Below, piece after piece: positions 1 through 14,324 of a DNA stretch of 64,000 bases. The position numbers and the translations under genes were made by a program. The notes below the pieces were generated by a model. The model was not told the DNA's origin and ran no database searches. It saw only the letters and a list, made by a program, of their open reading frames with translations. The stretch covers positions 14,508,001 to 14,572,000 of the forward strand of contig OX597817.1 of NCBI GenBank assembly GCA_951406725.2, written 5' to 3'. This stretch comes from Octopus vulgaris (taxonomy: Eukaryota). Every line of letters begins with the position of its first letter. Within the stretch, counting starts at the first letter, position 1.

Positions 1-40
<40 letters not shown>

Positions 41-275
41 GTATATATATATATATCTGTCTGTCTGTCTATCTATCTATATACTAAGTAATTAAGGGTT
101 TAGCAACGAATTGCCTCACCAACACACCGAATTTAGAAATAGCAGTCAAAGAGATATAGCTATTCCTTCTACTAAAAGGGGGATCTCAGTAAAAACACAG
201 CACCTGAAAGGCAAACACAGACAGGTAAGAAAGAAAGAATGAAATGACGGCAATCTATCATACAATTTTAAGTTA

Positions 276-367
276 CCTACGGACGTACGTTTCGAAATCA
301 AGTTTTAGGAAAGCATAAGAATTAGAAAATTCTACCTTACCCAAACTTCTTTTCTCATCGGCGCAGG
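276..367 (-). ncRNA. Second, inverted copy of the same hammerhead ribozyme
   Basis: Reverse complement of 778-869. Confidence 0.75.
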
Positions 368-777
368 ATACTACAATTATGAATAATTGTATATTAAATT
401 TTGAGATACTAGAAGGCATTATCTCAACTCAGTGTCAGAGCGAGCCAAAGCATGACCAGAACCACGAAATTCAAAGTATGAATGAAAGTTTGTGTCACCA
501 GCCCCCTTCCACCCGCGTGTAGCCAAGACAAAATGCTGTGGTCATTTACTGGGATAAAATATGGTTATCAGTAATAATAAAGGGTGAAATTAATTAATTT
601 GGAATAATTATCAATTACACCAAGTAGATTTCGGCATGTAAAAGCCCCATTCGAGGAAAATTTTCATACTTTGAATTTCGTGGTACTGGTCATGCTTTGG
701 CTCGCTCTGACACTGAGTTGAGATAATGCCTTCTAGTATCTCAAAATTTAATATACAATTATTCATAATTGTAGTAT

Positions 778-869
778 CCTGCGCCGATGAGAAAAGAAGT
801 TTGGGTAAGGTAGAATTTTCTAATTCTTATGCTTTCCTAAAACTTGATTTCGAAACGTACGTCCGTAGG
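778..869 (+). ncRNA. Hammerhead ribozyme, type I, with U4C core variant and extended stem II
   Basis: Stem I CCTGCG/CGTAGG. Core CCGATGA (784-790). Stem II GAAA...TTTC encloses an imperfect hairpin of about 60 nt. GAAA at 852-855. Stem III C-GTAC-G lies within the palindrome ACGTACGT. Cleavage triplet GTC ends at 863. Confidence 0.75.
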
Positions 870-1219
870 TAACTTAAAATTGTATGATAGATTGCCGTCA
901 TTTCATTCTTTCTTTCTTACCTGTCTGTGTTTGCCTTTCAGGTGCTGTGTTTTTACTGAGATCCCCCTTTTAGTAGAAGGAATAGCTATATCTCTTTGAC
1001 TGCTATTTCTAAATTCGGTGGGTTGGTGAGGCAATTCGTTGCTAAACCCTTAATTACTTAGTATTACTTAAATTTTCCTCGAATGGGGCTTTTACATGCC
1101 GAAATCTACTTGGTGTAATTGATAATTATTCCAAATTAATTAATTTCACCCTTTATTATTACTGATAACCATATTTTATCCCAGTAAATGACCACAGCAT
1201 TTTGTCTTTCCTAAAACTT

Positions 1220-1223
<4 letters not shown>

Positions 1224-1281
<58 letters not shown>

Positions 1282-1286
1282 GTCTG

Positions 1287-1345
<59 letters not shown>

Positions 1346-1374
1346 GTCTATCTATCTATCTATCTATCTGTCTG

Positions 1375-1407
<33 letters not shown>

Positions 1408-1458
1408 ACATACATACATACATACATACATACATACATACATACATACATACATACA

Positions 1459-1488
<30 letters not shown>
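1224..1488. repeat. Compound microsatellite (TA)n(TATC)n(TACA)n
   Basis: Read directly. Confidence 0.95.
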
Positions 1489-1489
<1 letters not shown>

Positions 1490-1762
1490 GCTTCTCGACG
1501 ACTTGAAGTGCAGGCTCTCTTGAACTCGACCGCTACATAACATCACACTTTGAAGTCTATGTGTTTGAAAGCCAAGAGCAAGACATTGCTACAAAATACC
1601 AACAAAGAAACAGTGAAGCCCTTGGAATCCCGAGACGCAACCGAAAATGTCAATTATGTCACATTTCTGTAAGGTATTTTCTGCATGTGATCATGAACTG
1701 TCTCAAAATATCATAAGGTACTACCTTCCAATGCGACACGACGTTGTCGCGAAAACAATACA

Positions 1763-2535
1763 CAGGGTGATCCGAAAATCTTGTTGCCCCCTACATATTG
1801 TTTATTATTGTCATTATTATCATTATTTTTTTGTTTTAGTAATATAATATGTGCCCCAGCCCACTATGATACCACTGTCAAGGAGTACCTAAATAAAGTT
1901 TTTAGGGATAGATGGATAGGGCGAGGATCATGATAACTTCCAGCACCTGTCGATTGGCCTCCCTGAAGTTTAGACTTCACATCTTGCGTTAATGCTCTTT
2001 GGGATATTATCAAGGGGAGAGTTTCACATTAACGATACCAGAATACCTATTTCTTTATTACCCACAAGGGGCTAAACACAGAGGGGACAAACAAGGACAG
2101 ACATAGGTATTAAGTCGATTACATCGGCCCCAGTGCGTAACTGGTACTTAATTTATCGACCCCGAAAGGATGAAAGGCAAAGTCGACCTCGGCGGAATTC
2201 GAACTCACAACGTAACGCAGACGAAATACCGCTAAGCATTTCGCCCGGCGTGCTAACGTTTCTGCCAGAATACCCATTAGTTGAAGGACCCTGTTCGGAG
2301 AGCCTTTGCAACAACCACCAAAGCACAGCTTCGAAAAATATTACACAGGACATGGCGTCACATCATTTGTGCCACGAAAACGCTGGCTTTCATATAGACC
2401 TTCTCGATGTGTGACAGCGTCAATGAAAGTGAGTAAACGAAATCCAGTTCGTACTTTGGATTATTGCATTACTTGTTCTTCTAATGTTCTCATTACTTTT
2501 TGGTAGAGGGGTAACAAGACTTTCGGACCACCCTG
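1763..2535 (+). mobile_element. Non-autonomous Tc1/mariner-superfamily element
   Basis: 28-bp TIRs CAGGGTGATCCGAAAATCTTGTTGCCCC / GGGGTAACAAGACTTTCGGACCACCCTG, followed by TA. An internal remnant WPP*SLDFTSC..LW resembles the WPPRSPDLTP transposase motif. Confidence 0.8.
2046..2268 (-). mobile_element. tRNA-derived SINE family B (Nin/Deu-like central domain)
   Basis: Matches other copies in the window. CCAGAATACC occurs at both ends as a likely target-site duplication. Confidence 0.85.
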
Positions 2536-2729
2536 TACAATATCATCCGAAAAAAAGACTATTCTGGGATAAATATAGAAAATTCCCTAATTATTGAATA
2601 CATACATAAACATCAACCCAGGGAATATTGGTGAAACATACCCATAAAAATTTCTAAGTGCAAACATAACTACATAACTAGACGGATATCATCGTTAGGG
2701 ACTGACAAGAAAGAGTATGTACCGGGTAG

Positions 2730-3210
2730 GGGTCAGCTGCTCTGCTAATGTGAAGCCGCTTGACAAAGATTGACCTTCAACTCTGCTGTGTATGCACACT
2801 AAGTTTTAACGTTCTAGCTCGCTTCCGCTGTATACAGCAGTGCTTGGAAGGAAGGTGTGTAGCGTGTGATCGTCGCATTGACCATGACAAAGTCGTCATG
2901 GCGATCCCTGCTCAAAGGCCTACGCAATGTTGCAGAAAGTGTATGGAGGAGAGTGTATGAACCGCACACAAGTGTACAAGTGGTTCAGAAGTTTCTAAGA
3001 TGGCCGATAAAATGTCGGTAGTGACGAACGTTCTGGAAAACCCGCAACCAGCAGAACTGAGAAAAATATTGCAATGAGTTAGAACATCAAAGGCTAGTGT
3101 GCATGCGCAGCAGAGTCCAAGGTCAATCTGTACCCAGCGGCTTTACTCTGCGTGCATCATTTTCGTTACTATAGCAACAGTCTGGATGCTTTATTGATCA
3201 GACCATGTAT
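2730..3210 (+). mobile_element. Mariner transposase remnant (N-terminal HTH region)
   Basis: Translates to AYAMLQKVYGGECMNRTQVYKWFRSF*DGR*NVGSDERSGKPATSRTEKNI, with in-frame stops. Confidence 0.8.
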
Positions 3211-3224
3211 ATGCATATGTGTGT

Positions 3225-3386
<162 letters not shown>

Positions 3387-3388
3387 GT

Positions 3389-3622
3389 AGGCGGCGAGCT
3401 GGCTGAAACGTTAGCACGCCGGGCGAAATGCGTAGCCGTATTTCGTCTGTCGTTACGTTCTGAGTTCAAATTCCGCCGAGGTCGACTTTGCCTTTCATCC
3501 TTTCGGGGTCGATAAATTAAGTAGCATTTACGCACTGAGGTCGATGTAATCGACTTAATCCGTTTGTCTGTCCTTGTTTTTCCCTTCTATGTTTAGCCCC
3601 TTGTAGGTAGTAAAGAAATAGA
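3389..3622 (+). mobile_element. SINE family B, full length
   Basis: GGCGGCGAGCTGG head, B-box-like GAGTTCAAATTCC, core GTCGACTTTGCCTTTCATCCTTTCGGGGTCGATAAA, tail TAAAGAAATAG. Confidence 0.88.
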
Positions 3623-3719
3623 TAGATATGTAGGTAGGTAGGAAGGTAGGTAGGTAGGTAGGTAGGTAGGTAGGTATGTATGTAGGTAGATAGGTAGGTA
3701 GGTAGGTAGGTAGATAGAC

Positions 3720-3764
<45 letters not shown>

Positions 3765-3765
3765 C

Positions 3766-3845
<80 letters not shown>

Positions 3846-3852
3846 GTAGATG
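3618..3852. repeat. (GGTA)n(GACA)n(GATA)n microsatellite
   Basis: Read directly. Confidence 0.95.
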
Positions 3853-4202
3853 AATGTATAAACATACATATATGCATGCATGCTTGCATATACAAATGTG
3901 AGTGCAGAACGGACGAGTTTCACCCGGTTATTGCCTACTCATCAAGTGTGTTTATTCTGTCTAGTCTACGCACGCGTGCGTACACACATGCAGAAGGAGA
4001 GAGAGAGAGAGGGAGAGAGATGCGAACGATCACTAATGGAAACGGCAATGAGTGACAAGCACTTCCTTTTTGCATATCAATACAGTCGTTGGTGCCGCAT
4101 ATCATTTCACTTAATTTACTGTAACAATGTCTTTGTGAATAAGTTGCAAATTAATTTACGTACGTTCGCTTTAATAAACCTACAAGCGAGACAGCTGAGG
4201 AA

Positions 4203-4252
<50 letters not shown>

Positions 4253-4395
4253 TATTCTTCTTTTAAAATACTGTTGCATTTTGAATTACCAACACAAGCC
4301 TACATAGCAATGCCTGACACATACAGCTTGCCAATATTGGCAGCAGATTCTTCTGCAAATCAGTAGCAATATTACTGATTTCTTTGAAGTTTGCA

Positions 4396-4426
<31 letters not shown>

Positions 4427-4515
4427 AGTGTGTGTGTGTGTGTGTAAAGCTTGTATCGAAAACGGAATCGGTACATAATAGAAAATTAATATGATTTTGT
4501 ATTTTTATTAGGAGG

Positions 4516-5423
<908 letters not shown>

Positions 5424-5579
5424 AATTCTTCCTGCTTTTCTTTTTGTTTTTTTTTTTTCTATTTTGATAGGTTACCCTTTTTGAGTGACGATAAATGTCA
5501 TATAATGCAACAGAAAAATCGGGCTGCTGCGTATGAAATATTGGATTTTTCAAGCATTTATTATTCTCAACACACACAC

Positions 5580-5640
<61 letters not shown>

Positions 5641-5645
5641 CAAGT

Positions 5646-5691
<46 letters not shown>

Positions 5692-6280
5692 TTATTAAGC
5701 GTTATCGTTTTATTGGAAAAGGAAAAAAAAAAAAAAACCCGAGTTCAAAAAGGTTTCAAGGGAAGTAACTCCTACAAAGTATAAAGGATTATTTATCTTA
5801 ATTTACGTCTACAAATAGTTTATCACTTTCATTACCTATTTGGAAAGCTAATCCTTACAATGACCATATGGTTAATAACTAATATTATTAAATATATAAA
5901 TACGAACAGAGCAATTTGCTTATGATGATATTATTGATTTCTTCTTGTCGCATAAGACGACAAATTTGCGATGTAGAAATATAGTCGATTAAATCAATCC
6001 TGCTTGCTTAGCTGTTACTCTAATTTATCAAGCCCTGAAGGATGAAAGGCAAAATATATCTCGACGCGACGTGAACTCAGAATGCCAAGGGTTCATAACT
6101 AAATGACACAAGACATTATTATGCTCAATGAAATGCTCTAACGATTCTACCAGTTCGCATTCATATGATTACTGTTAACGGGTGAGGGTAGTTTTAATTA
6201 TTGCTTTCAAATTTTGACACAAGGCCAGCAATTTCGAGGATTGGACGACCCCCAGTGCTCAACAGGTACCTATTTTATCG

Positions 6281-6752
6281 ACGAGCTGGCAGAAACGTTA
6301 GCACACCGGGCGAAATGTGTAGCCGTATTTCGTCTGCCATTACATTCTGAGTTCAAATTCCGCCGAGGTCGACTTTGCCTTTCATCCTTTCGGTGTCGAT
6401 AAATTAAGTACCAGTTACGCACTGGATCGATGTAATCGACTTAATACCTATGTCTGTCCTTGTTTGTCCCCTCTGTGTTTAGCCCCTTGTGGGTAATAAA
6501 GAAATAGGTACCTATTTTATCGACGAGCTGGCAGAAATGTTAGCACACCGGCCGAAATGCGTAGCCGTATTTCGTCTGCCATTACGTTCTGAGTTCAAAT
6601 TCCGCCGAGGTCGACTTTGCCTTTCATCCTTTCGGGGTCGATTAAGTAAGTACCAGTTACGCACTGGGGTCGATGTAATCGACTTAATCCGTTTGTCTGT
6701 CATTGTTTGTCCCCTCTGTGTTTAGCCCCTTGTGGGTAGTAAAGAAATAGGT
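6281..6752 (+). mobile_element. Head-to-tail pair of SINE B copies inserted into an older antisense SINE B-related copy (about 6200-6890)
   Basis: Two copies of about 230 bp. AGGTACCTATTTTATCGAC occurs before, between and after them. Confidence 0.85.
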
Positions 6753-7549
6753 ACCTATTTTATCGACCCTCGAAAGGATGAAAGGCAAAGTCGACCTCAG
6801 CAAAATTCGAACTCAGAACGTAAAGACGGACGAAATACTGCTCAGCATTTTGCCAGATGAGCTAACGATTCTGCTAGCTTGCTGCCTGAGTTCAAATTCT
6901 GAGTTCAATTGTCAACTTTGCCTTTCATCCATTCGGGATCGATAACAGCAGTACCACTCGAACACAGGAGTCGATGAAATCGACTTACCCGCTCCCCCAA
7001 TATTTCTGAACTTATGCCAAAATTTGAAACCAACATGTAGAATTAATAACGAACACTGCAGAGAAGCAGTAATTATGTTTTTGGAAAACATATGTATTAT
7101 CTCAAATCTTCTTTCTCGTTCTATCGTTCCTAGAAAACTTCTATGCGGTCCCTCGACCCAATGGAAATTGTAAAATCTCCCTGAATTTACACCTTGCCAT
7201 CGTACATAATGAAGTCCTAGAAACGTTGTAGCACAAGATGGAACACATTTGATCTGAGGATCGCTCAACAAGGAACTAAAACTGGAATTAAGCAACAACA
7301 ATGACAACAACTCAAGTATTTTATCGGCACCAGCATCGCAGAATCATTTCCACCAGGAGAGTCTAAGAGAGTATGATATAGCAGCAGCTTTAATCAAGAC
7401 CAGAACCTGTTCAACAAAGTGAGGACTGGCCAAGAAGCAAACCTATAGATAGAAATAGCAGCCAAATCTCCCAAAAAGTATACTCTGCTATTTTATAAAA
7501 AGAGTGGACACGTTGGATTAACGCAGTCCAAGAAACACTTTTATAACTG

Positions 7550-7831
7550 TCATCATCATCATTTGATGTCCACTTTTCCAGGTTTACTTGATGTCCACTT
7601 TTCCAGGTGGAATTTGTTGAGGAAGATTTTTCTTAGTAGGATGCCCTTCCTCTCACCAACTTGTTTCCAAACGAATTTTTTCATGGAAATTTAGCTAGAC
7701 AAATTTTTTATCACAGAAGACTGGAAACAAGTAACTTTGTTTATATCATGATGATGCTTATGTAATTTCTAGATAAGGGTACACACACATTCGTACACAC
7801 TCACACACATACATATAATAGCATGTATGAG

Positions 7832-7865
<34 letters not shown>

Positions 7866-8070
7866 CACACACACACATACACACACTCACATAAAACATA
7901 TATACACCAGGCTTCTTCCAGTTTCCATCAACCAAGTCCACTAATAAGGCTTTGGTCAACCTGAGGCTATGATACAAGACACCTGCCCAAGGTGCCATGC
8001 AGTGGGACTGAACCCAAGACCACATGGATGGGAAGCAAGCTTCTTGACCACATAGCCACACCTGCACCTA
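7550..8070 (-). mobile_element. SINE family C (family A head plus RTE-derived 3' tail)
   Basis: Head GGTGCAGGTGTGGCTATGTGG, internal (TG)n, tail GGAAGGGCATCC...TGGACATCAAATGATGATG. Confidence 0.75.
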
Positions 8071-8429
8071 TGTCCAAAAAACAGAATGATTACAGCTGGA
8101 ATACCTTCATATTTTCTACCTGACTGGTGCATTACAAGTGATATCTACAGGCTGATTTGTACCAACCAGCACTGCATATTTTTTCTTAAAAATAAAAGAC
8201 ATACAGCAAATTTCCTTGACCATAAACTGTATATATTGCAGTATCCGTGATAGCTTATGAACCACTCATTATCCTGGACCCGGTCAACAAGGCCATCTAT
8301 ACTTTCCCATGGACTATACTAAACTTCTTGAACCTTGGTAAATGAAATGGATTTTTTGAAGGGGGAGATCAATTTTAGAAATATCATATTGAAAAGGTTG
8401 CAAGACGCATGAAAATTTTAGGAAAATAA

Positions 8430-9080
8430 AAATGAGACCATAACCTTGTGGCCTATGCCAGGGGTGTAACCAGTCCACTTATGCGTGCCATTCCTTCATT
8501 GGACACTAAACTCTGCTTGCGAAGACCTGTTGGGGCAAGTGAAATCGAAATCAAACTTGATTGCAAAGACCTGTTGAGGCAAGCGAAATCAAAATTGAAA
8601 TCAAACTCGGTGACTTGCATCCGTTGATAGTGGAGCGCTAAGAGTACCATATGAGTGAGATCGTTGCCAGAGCAACAAGCTGGCCTTTGTGGCGATGGCA
8701 TGTTAAGCACACCATTCGAGCATGATCATTACCTGCATCGCCTTACTAGCACTTGTGTTGGTGGCACGTGAAAAAACATTTGAGCGAGGTCGTTGCCAGT
8801 GCCGCTAGACTGGCTCCTGTTCAGGTAGCACATAAAAAGCACCATTTGAGCATGGCCGTTGCCAGTACCAACTAACTGGCCCTCATGCCGGTGGCATGTA
8901 AAAGCACTCACTACATTCTCGGAGTGGTTGGCGTTAGGAAAGGCATCCAGTTGTAGAAACTCAGCCAGATCAGATTGGAGTCTGGAGCAGCCATCTCGTT
9001 CGCCAGACCTCAATCAAATCGTCCAACCCATGCTAGCATAGAAAGTGGACATTAAACGATGATGATAATGATGATGATGA
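8430..9080 (+). mobile_element. RTE LINE 3' UTR fragment with internal subrepeats and (GAT)n tail
   Basis: Collinear with 44152-44740, which is contiguous with an RTE reverse transcriptase remnant. Confidence 0.8.
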
Positions 9081-9354
9081 AGGGGACATTTTACCAGTGA
9101 ATGTGTTAAATCATAAGGCACAAAAAGAAAATTACTCTCCTCAGACACAATAGAATAAAACTCATTTGGTGTAAAAAAATAAAAGCATTTGGTGTTTGAA
9201 TATGATCAGCTTGTATTTATTTCTGTTTTTGTTTATCCCACCACTACCATCACCACCAGGTGAGCTCTAATAAAGCAAGCCTATGATCAAAGCTTTTCCA
9301 ACCTGTATCTTTTCAGAATAATGTAACCAAGACTACATTATCCAAAGATAAACT

Positions 9355-10041
9355 GCACTTGTAAAGACCTGTTGAATCAAGTGAAGTAATTGTTGTGGCC
9401 AACGACAGTACCTATTTCTTTATTACCCACAAGGGGCTAAACACAGAGGGGACAAACAAGGACAGACAAACGGATTAAGTCGATGATATCGACTCCAGTG
9501 CGTAACTGGTACTTAATTTATCGACCCCGAAAGGATGAAAGGCAAAGTCGACCTCAGCGGAATTTGAACTCAGAACGCAGCGGCAGACGAAATACCACAA
9601 AGCATTTCACCCGGCGTGCTAACAATTCTGCCAGCTCGCCACCGCCTGACTGGTACCAGTGGCATGTAAAAAGCACATTTCGAGCATGGTCAATATCAGT
9701 GCTAGCTGACTGGTTCCATGTCAGTGGCATGTAAAAAGCACTATTCAAGCGTGATTGTTGCCAGTGCCACCTTGACTGACTCCTGTGCTGGTGACATGTA
9801 AAAAGCACCATTCAAGCATGGTTCGATGCCAGTACCGCCTGACTGGCCCTCGTGCTGGTGGCACATAAAAAGCATCCACCACTCTCTCAGAATGGTTCAC
9901 ATTAGGAAGAGCATCCAGCTGTAGAAACATTGCCAGATCGGATTGGAGGTTGGTACAGCCTTCTGGCTTGCCAGTCCTCAGTCAAACTGTCCAACCCATG
10001 CTAGCATGGAAAGCGGATGTTAAACAACGATGATGATGATG
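9355..10041 (+). mobile_element. RTE 3' UTR fragment containing a nested antisense SINE B (9409-9645)
   Basis: Same 3' UTR motifs. SINE B is recognisable inside it. Confidence 0.8.
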
Positions 10042-10070
10042 GTATGTGTGTGTGTGTGTGTATGTGTGTG

Positions 10071-10308
10071 TGCTGGCATGGGTTGGATGGTTTGACTGGG
10101 GACTGGCAAGCCAGAAGGCTGTACCAACCTCCAATCCGATCTGGCAATGTTTCTACGGCTGGATGCTCTTCCTAATGTGAACCATTCTGAGAGAGTGGTG
10201 GATGCTTTTTATGTGTCACTGGTACGAGGGCCAGTCAGGTGGTACTTGCATTGACCATGCTTGAATGGTGCTTTTTACATGCCGCCAGCACAGGAGTCAG
10301 TCAAGGTG
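10071..10308 (-). repeat. Inverted duplicate of 9768-10006
   Basis: Shares private variants with the neighbouring copy (AATGGTTCACATTAGGAAGAGC, GGAGGTTGGTACAGCC). Confidence 0.85.
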
Positions 10309-10620
10309 TGTAAGAGGAGCTGATACTCCAGTATGGCCTTAACTGTGATGGTTAAAAACAAAGTAAAGATGAAGGTTAAATGTAAATGAAGCCGGCAATG
10401 TAGATCAAGTGAGAGAGAGAGAGAGAGAGAGAGAGATAGAAGGAGAGAGAAGTGAATGGGTGTTTGTATGAGACTAATGCAAATGATTGTAGCTGGATGT
10501 AATGGAAGTGTTTATGTGATGCAGTCAGTGTTTATTCAAATACAAAATTAGAAGTGGAAAGACAAGACAAGCACATCATTGGAAATTACACAGACGTTCC
10601 AGTGAAGCAAGGATAGGGAT

Positions 10621-12179
<1,559 letters not shown>

Positions 12180-12588
12180 TGATACTGTTGCTTACCTCTA
12201 GATCAGCCCTGATTCAGCAGACTTATGACCAAAGACATTCCAGCTGTGGAAACCCTGTTCTAATTTTTTATATTTTTCAGTCTACAGTGACCTTCCTATT
12301 TTAAGACCGTGTATGGTATGAAGAAATTTGGCTACTATTACTGGCAAGTCAAAGGACCACATAGTTCCCACCTTTGGTTCATCTAGAAGAAGAAGAAGAA
12401 GAAGAAACAGTAACAGTCTAGCAGAAGATTGGCTCTGACTGATGAAGCATGTGATCAAGGACATTCCAATCATGACCATCTCTGTTAATACAGTGTTTTC
12501 TTCTTAAAGATGTAAGTAATTTGTGGTAGATTTGATTGCTATTTTTAGTAGATTGGGTAAGCACATAGAGGCATCCGTTTTAGAGGTA

Positions 12589-12626
<38 letters not shown>

Positions 12627-12699
12627 GGATGATGATGATGGGGGGGATGTGAAAGTATTGTATCAGGAGGCAATCATATAAAATAAATTGAAATATGTA

Positions 12700-13089
12700 G
12701 GCTCAGGAGTGGCTGTGTGGTAAGTAGCTTGCTAACCAACCACATGGTTCCGGGTTCAGTCCCACTGCGTAGCATCTTGGGCAAGTGTCTTCTGCTATAG
12801 CCCTGGGCCGACCAATGCCTTGTGAGTGGATTTGGTAGACGGAAACTGAAAAAATCCTGTCATATATATGTATATATATATATATGTGTGTGTGTTTGTG
12901 TTTGTCCCCCTAGTATTGCTTGACAACCGATGCTGGTGTGTTTACGTCCCCGTCACTTAGCGGTTCAGCAAAAGAGACCGATAGAATAAGTACTGGGCTT
13001 ACAAAGAATAAGTCCCGGGGTAGATTTGCTCGACTAAAGGCGGTGCTCCAGCATAGCCACAGTCAAATGACTGAAACAAGTAAAAGAGG
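12700..13089 (+). mobile_element. tRNA-derived SINE family A, full length
   Basis: GGCTCAGGAGTGGCTGTGTGGTAAG A-box, GGTTCAGTCCC B-box, internal (TA)n(TG)n, tail GAAACAAGTAAAAGAG. Confidence 0.88.
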
Positions 13090-13139
13090 AAAAAAAGAAA
13101 AGAGAGAGTATGTCCCTAAGACACAGAAATCAAACTAAA

Positions 13140-13640
13140 AAAGAAATGGAAGGGAACTACACGAGGTATCTAAAGGGATGCTGAATGTCAGGATGTGTTG
13201 CTTGGAGAAAAGTGAAACACAAGGGGGTTAGCCAATATTCTAAAACATGAGGATTAGAGACATGAAGTATCATGGATTGAAAAGCAGTTGGGAGAATGAA
13301 TTAGGATGGCAGAAGAGGAACAAAAGATGCAGAAATGGTACAAGAGGTTGGTAAATGAGGAAACTGCTTGGAGGGAAGAAAACCTACCCCCAAGTAGACC
13401 CAAGTAGAGGGTGCAGTTCTTGGAATTGATAGCTGTAGGGTTAAAATGGCTCTTTAGGATAGGAAGGTAAGGAAAGTAGTTGTGGCATCAGAGATAGTTG
13501 CTAAGATGCATAGAATGTTCTGTGAAGGAGGTTGTGCATTGGTCATTTAGACCATTAATTAAGTAGTACAACAGATATGAGATATTTTGGCATTGCCATT
13601 TTGGTACTCCTTATTTGGCATCATTGATTTGATGCTGATT
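13140..13640 (-). mobile_element. Highly degenerate LINE reverse-transcriptase fragment
   Basis: GGAGTACCA (GVP) motif region and downstream YLG-like remnants, frameshifted. Confidence 0.35.
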
Positions 13641-13664
13641 TATTTGACATCAGATGTTGTAATG

Positions 13665-13682
13665 TTTCTCTCATTCTCTTTC

Positions 13683-13754
<72 letters not shown>

Positions 13755-14262
13755 ACTCTTTCTGTTTATGTGTGTGAGCATATTTCTATTTATGTGTATG
13801 AAGAGAGAAAAAGTGTTTACATCACTTGTGTTCAATTAATAAATTGTAATGTCTCTTTTTCTCTCCCTCTTTCCTTGTGTCTCTCTCTCCTTCCTTCCTT
13901 CTCTCCCACTCTCTCTCTCTCCCCCTCCCGCTCCCTCCTTCCTTCTCTCACAGTCTCTCTCCCTCCTTCCTTCTCCCTCTCTCTCTCCATCCTTCCTTCT
14001 CCCTCTCTCTCCCTCCTTCCTTCTCCTCCACTCTCTCTCCTTTCTTCTCCCCCACTTTTCCTTGCTCCTTCCTTCTCCCCCTCTCTCTCTCCTTCCTTCC
14101 ATCTCCCCTCTCTCTCCCCTCTTCCTTCTTCCCCACTCTCTCTCCCTCTTTCCTTATTACCCACTCTCTCTCTCTCTCTCTCTCAATCTGCATGTGTATA
14201 TTTCTGTACATGCATGTGGCATGTGTGTGTATGTATGTGTGTGCACACGTGTGTGTGTGTGT
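13665..14262. repeat. (CT)n and pyrimidine-rich low-complexity tract
   Basis: Read directly. Confidence 0.9.
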
Positions 14263-14324
14263 TTACCTCCAGTGCGAAAATGCACTGTGACCAAAACAGG
14301 TTGAACATTCAGTCAGTCGTGCCA

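Larger units (their letters stand above)
81..1208. mobile_element. Penelope-like/retrozyme-like element arranged A-s-B-A'-B' (interleaved inverted repeats)
   Basis: 81-482 is the near-perfect reverse complement of 663-1064. 525-663 is the reverse complement of 1070-1208. It carries hammerheads and is flanked by (TATC)n/(TA)n microsatellites. Confidence 0.7.
1500..2600 (+). mobile_element. Degenerate RLE-type non-LTR retrotransposon fragment, interrupted by a Tc1/mariner element
   Basis: Peptide remnants DRYITSHFE..QEQDIATKY and RYYLPMRHDVVAKTI continue as YNIIRK after 2535. Confidence 0.55.

Noticed and set aside
12700-12775. tRNA gene
   Set aside because: It has A and B boxes, but it is the head of a multi-copy SINE and has no complete cloverleaf.
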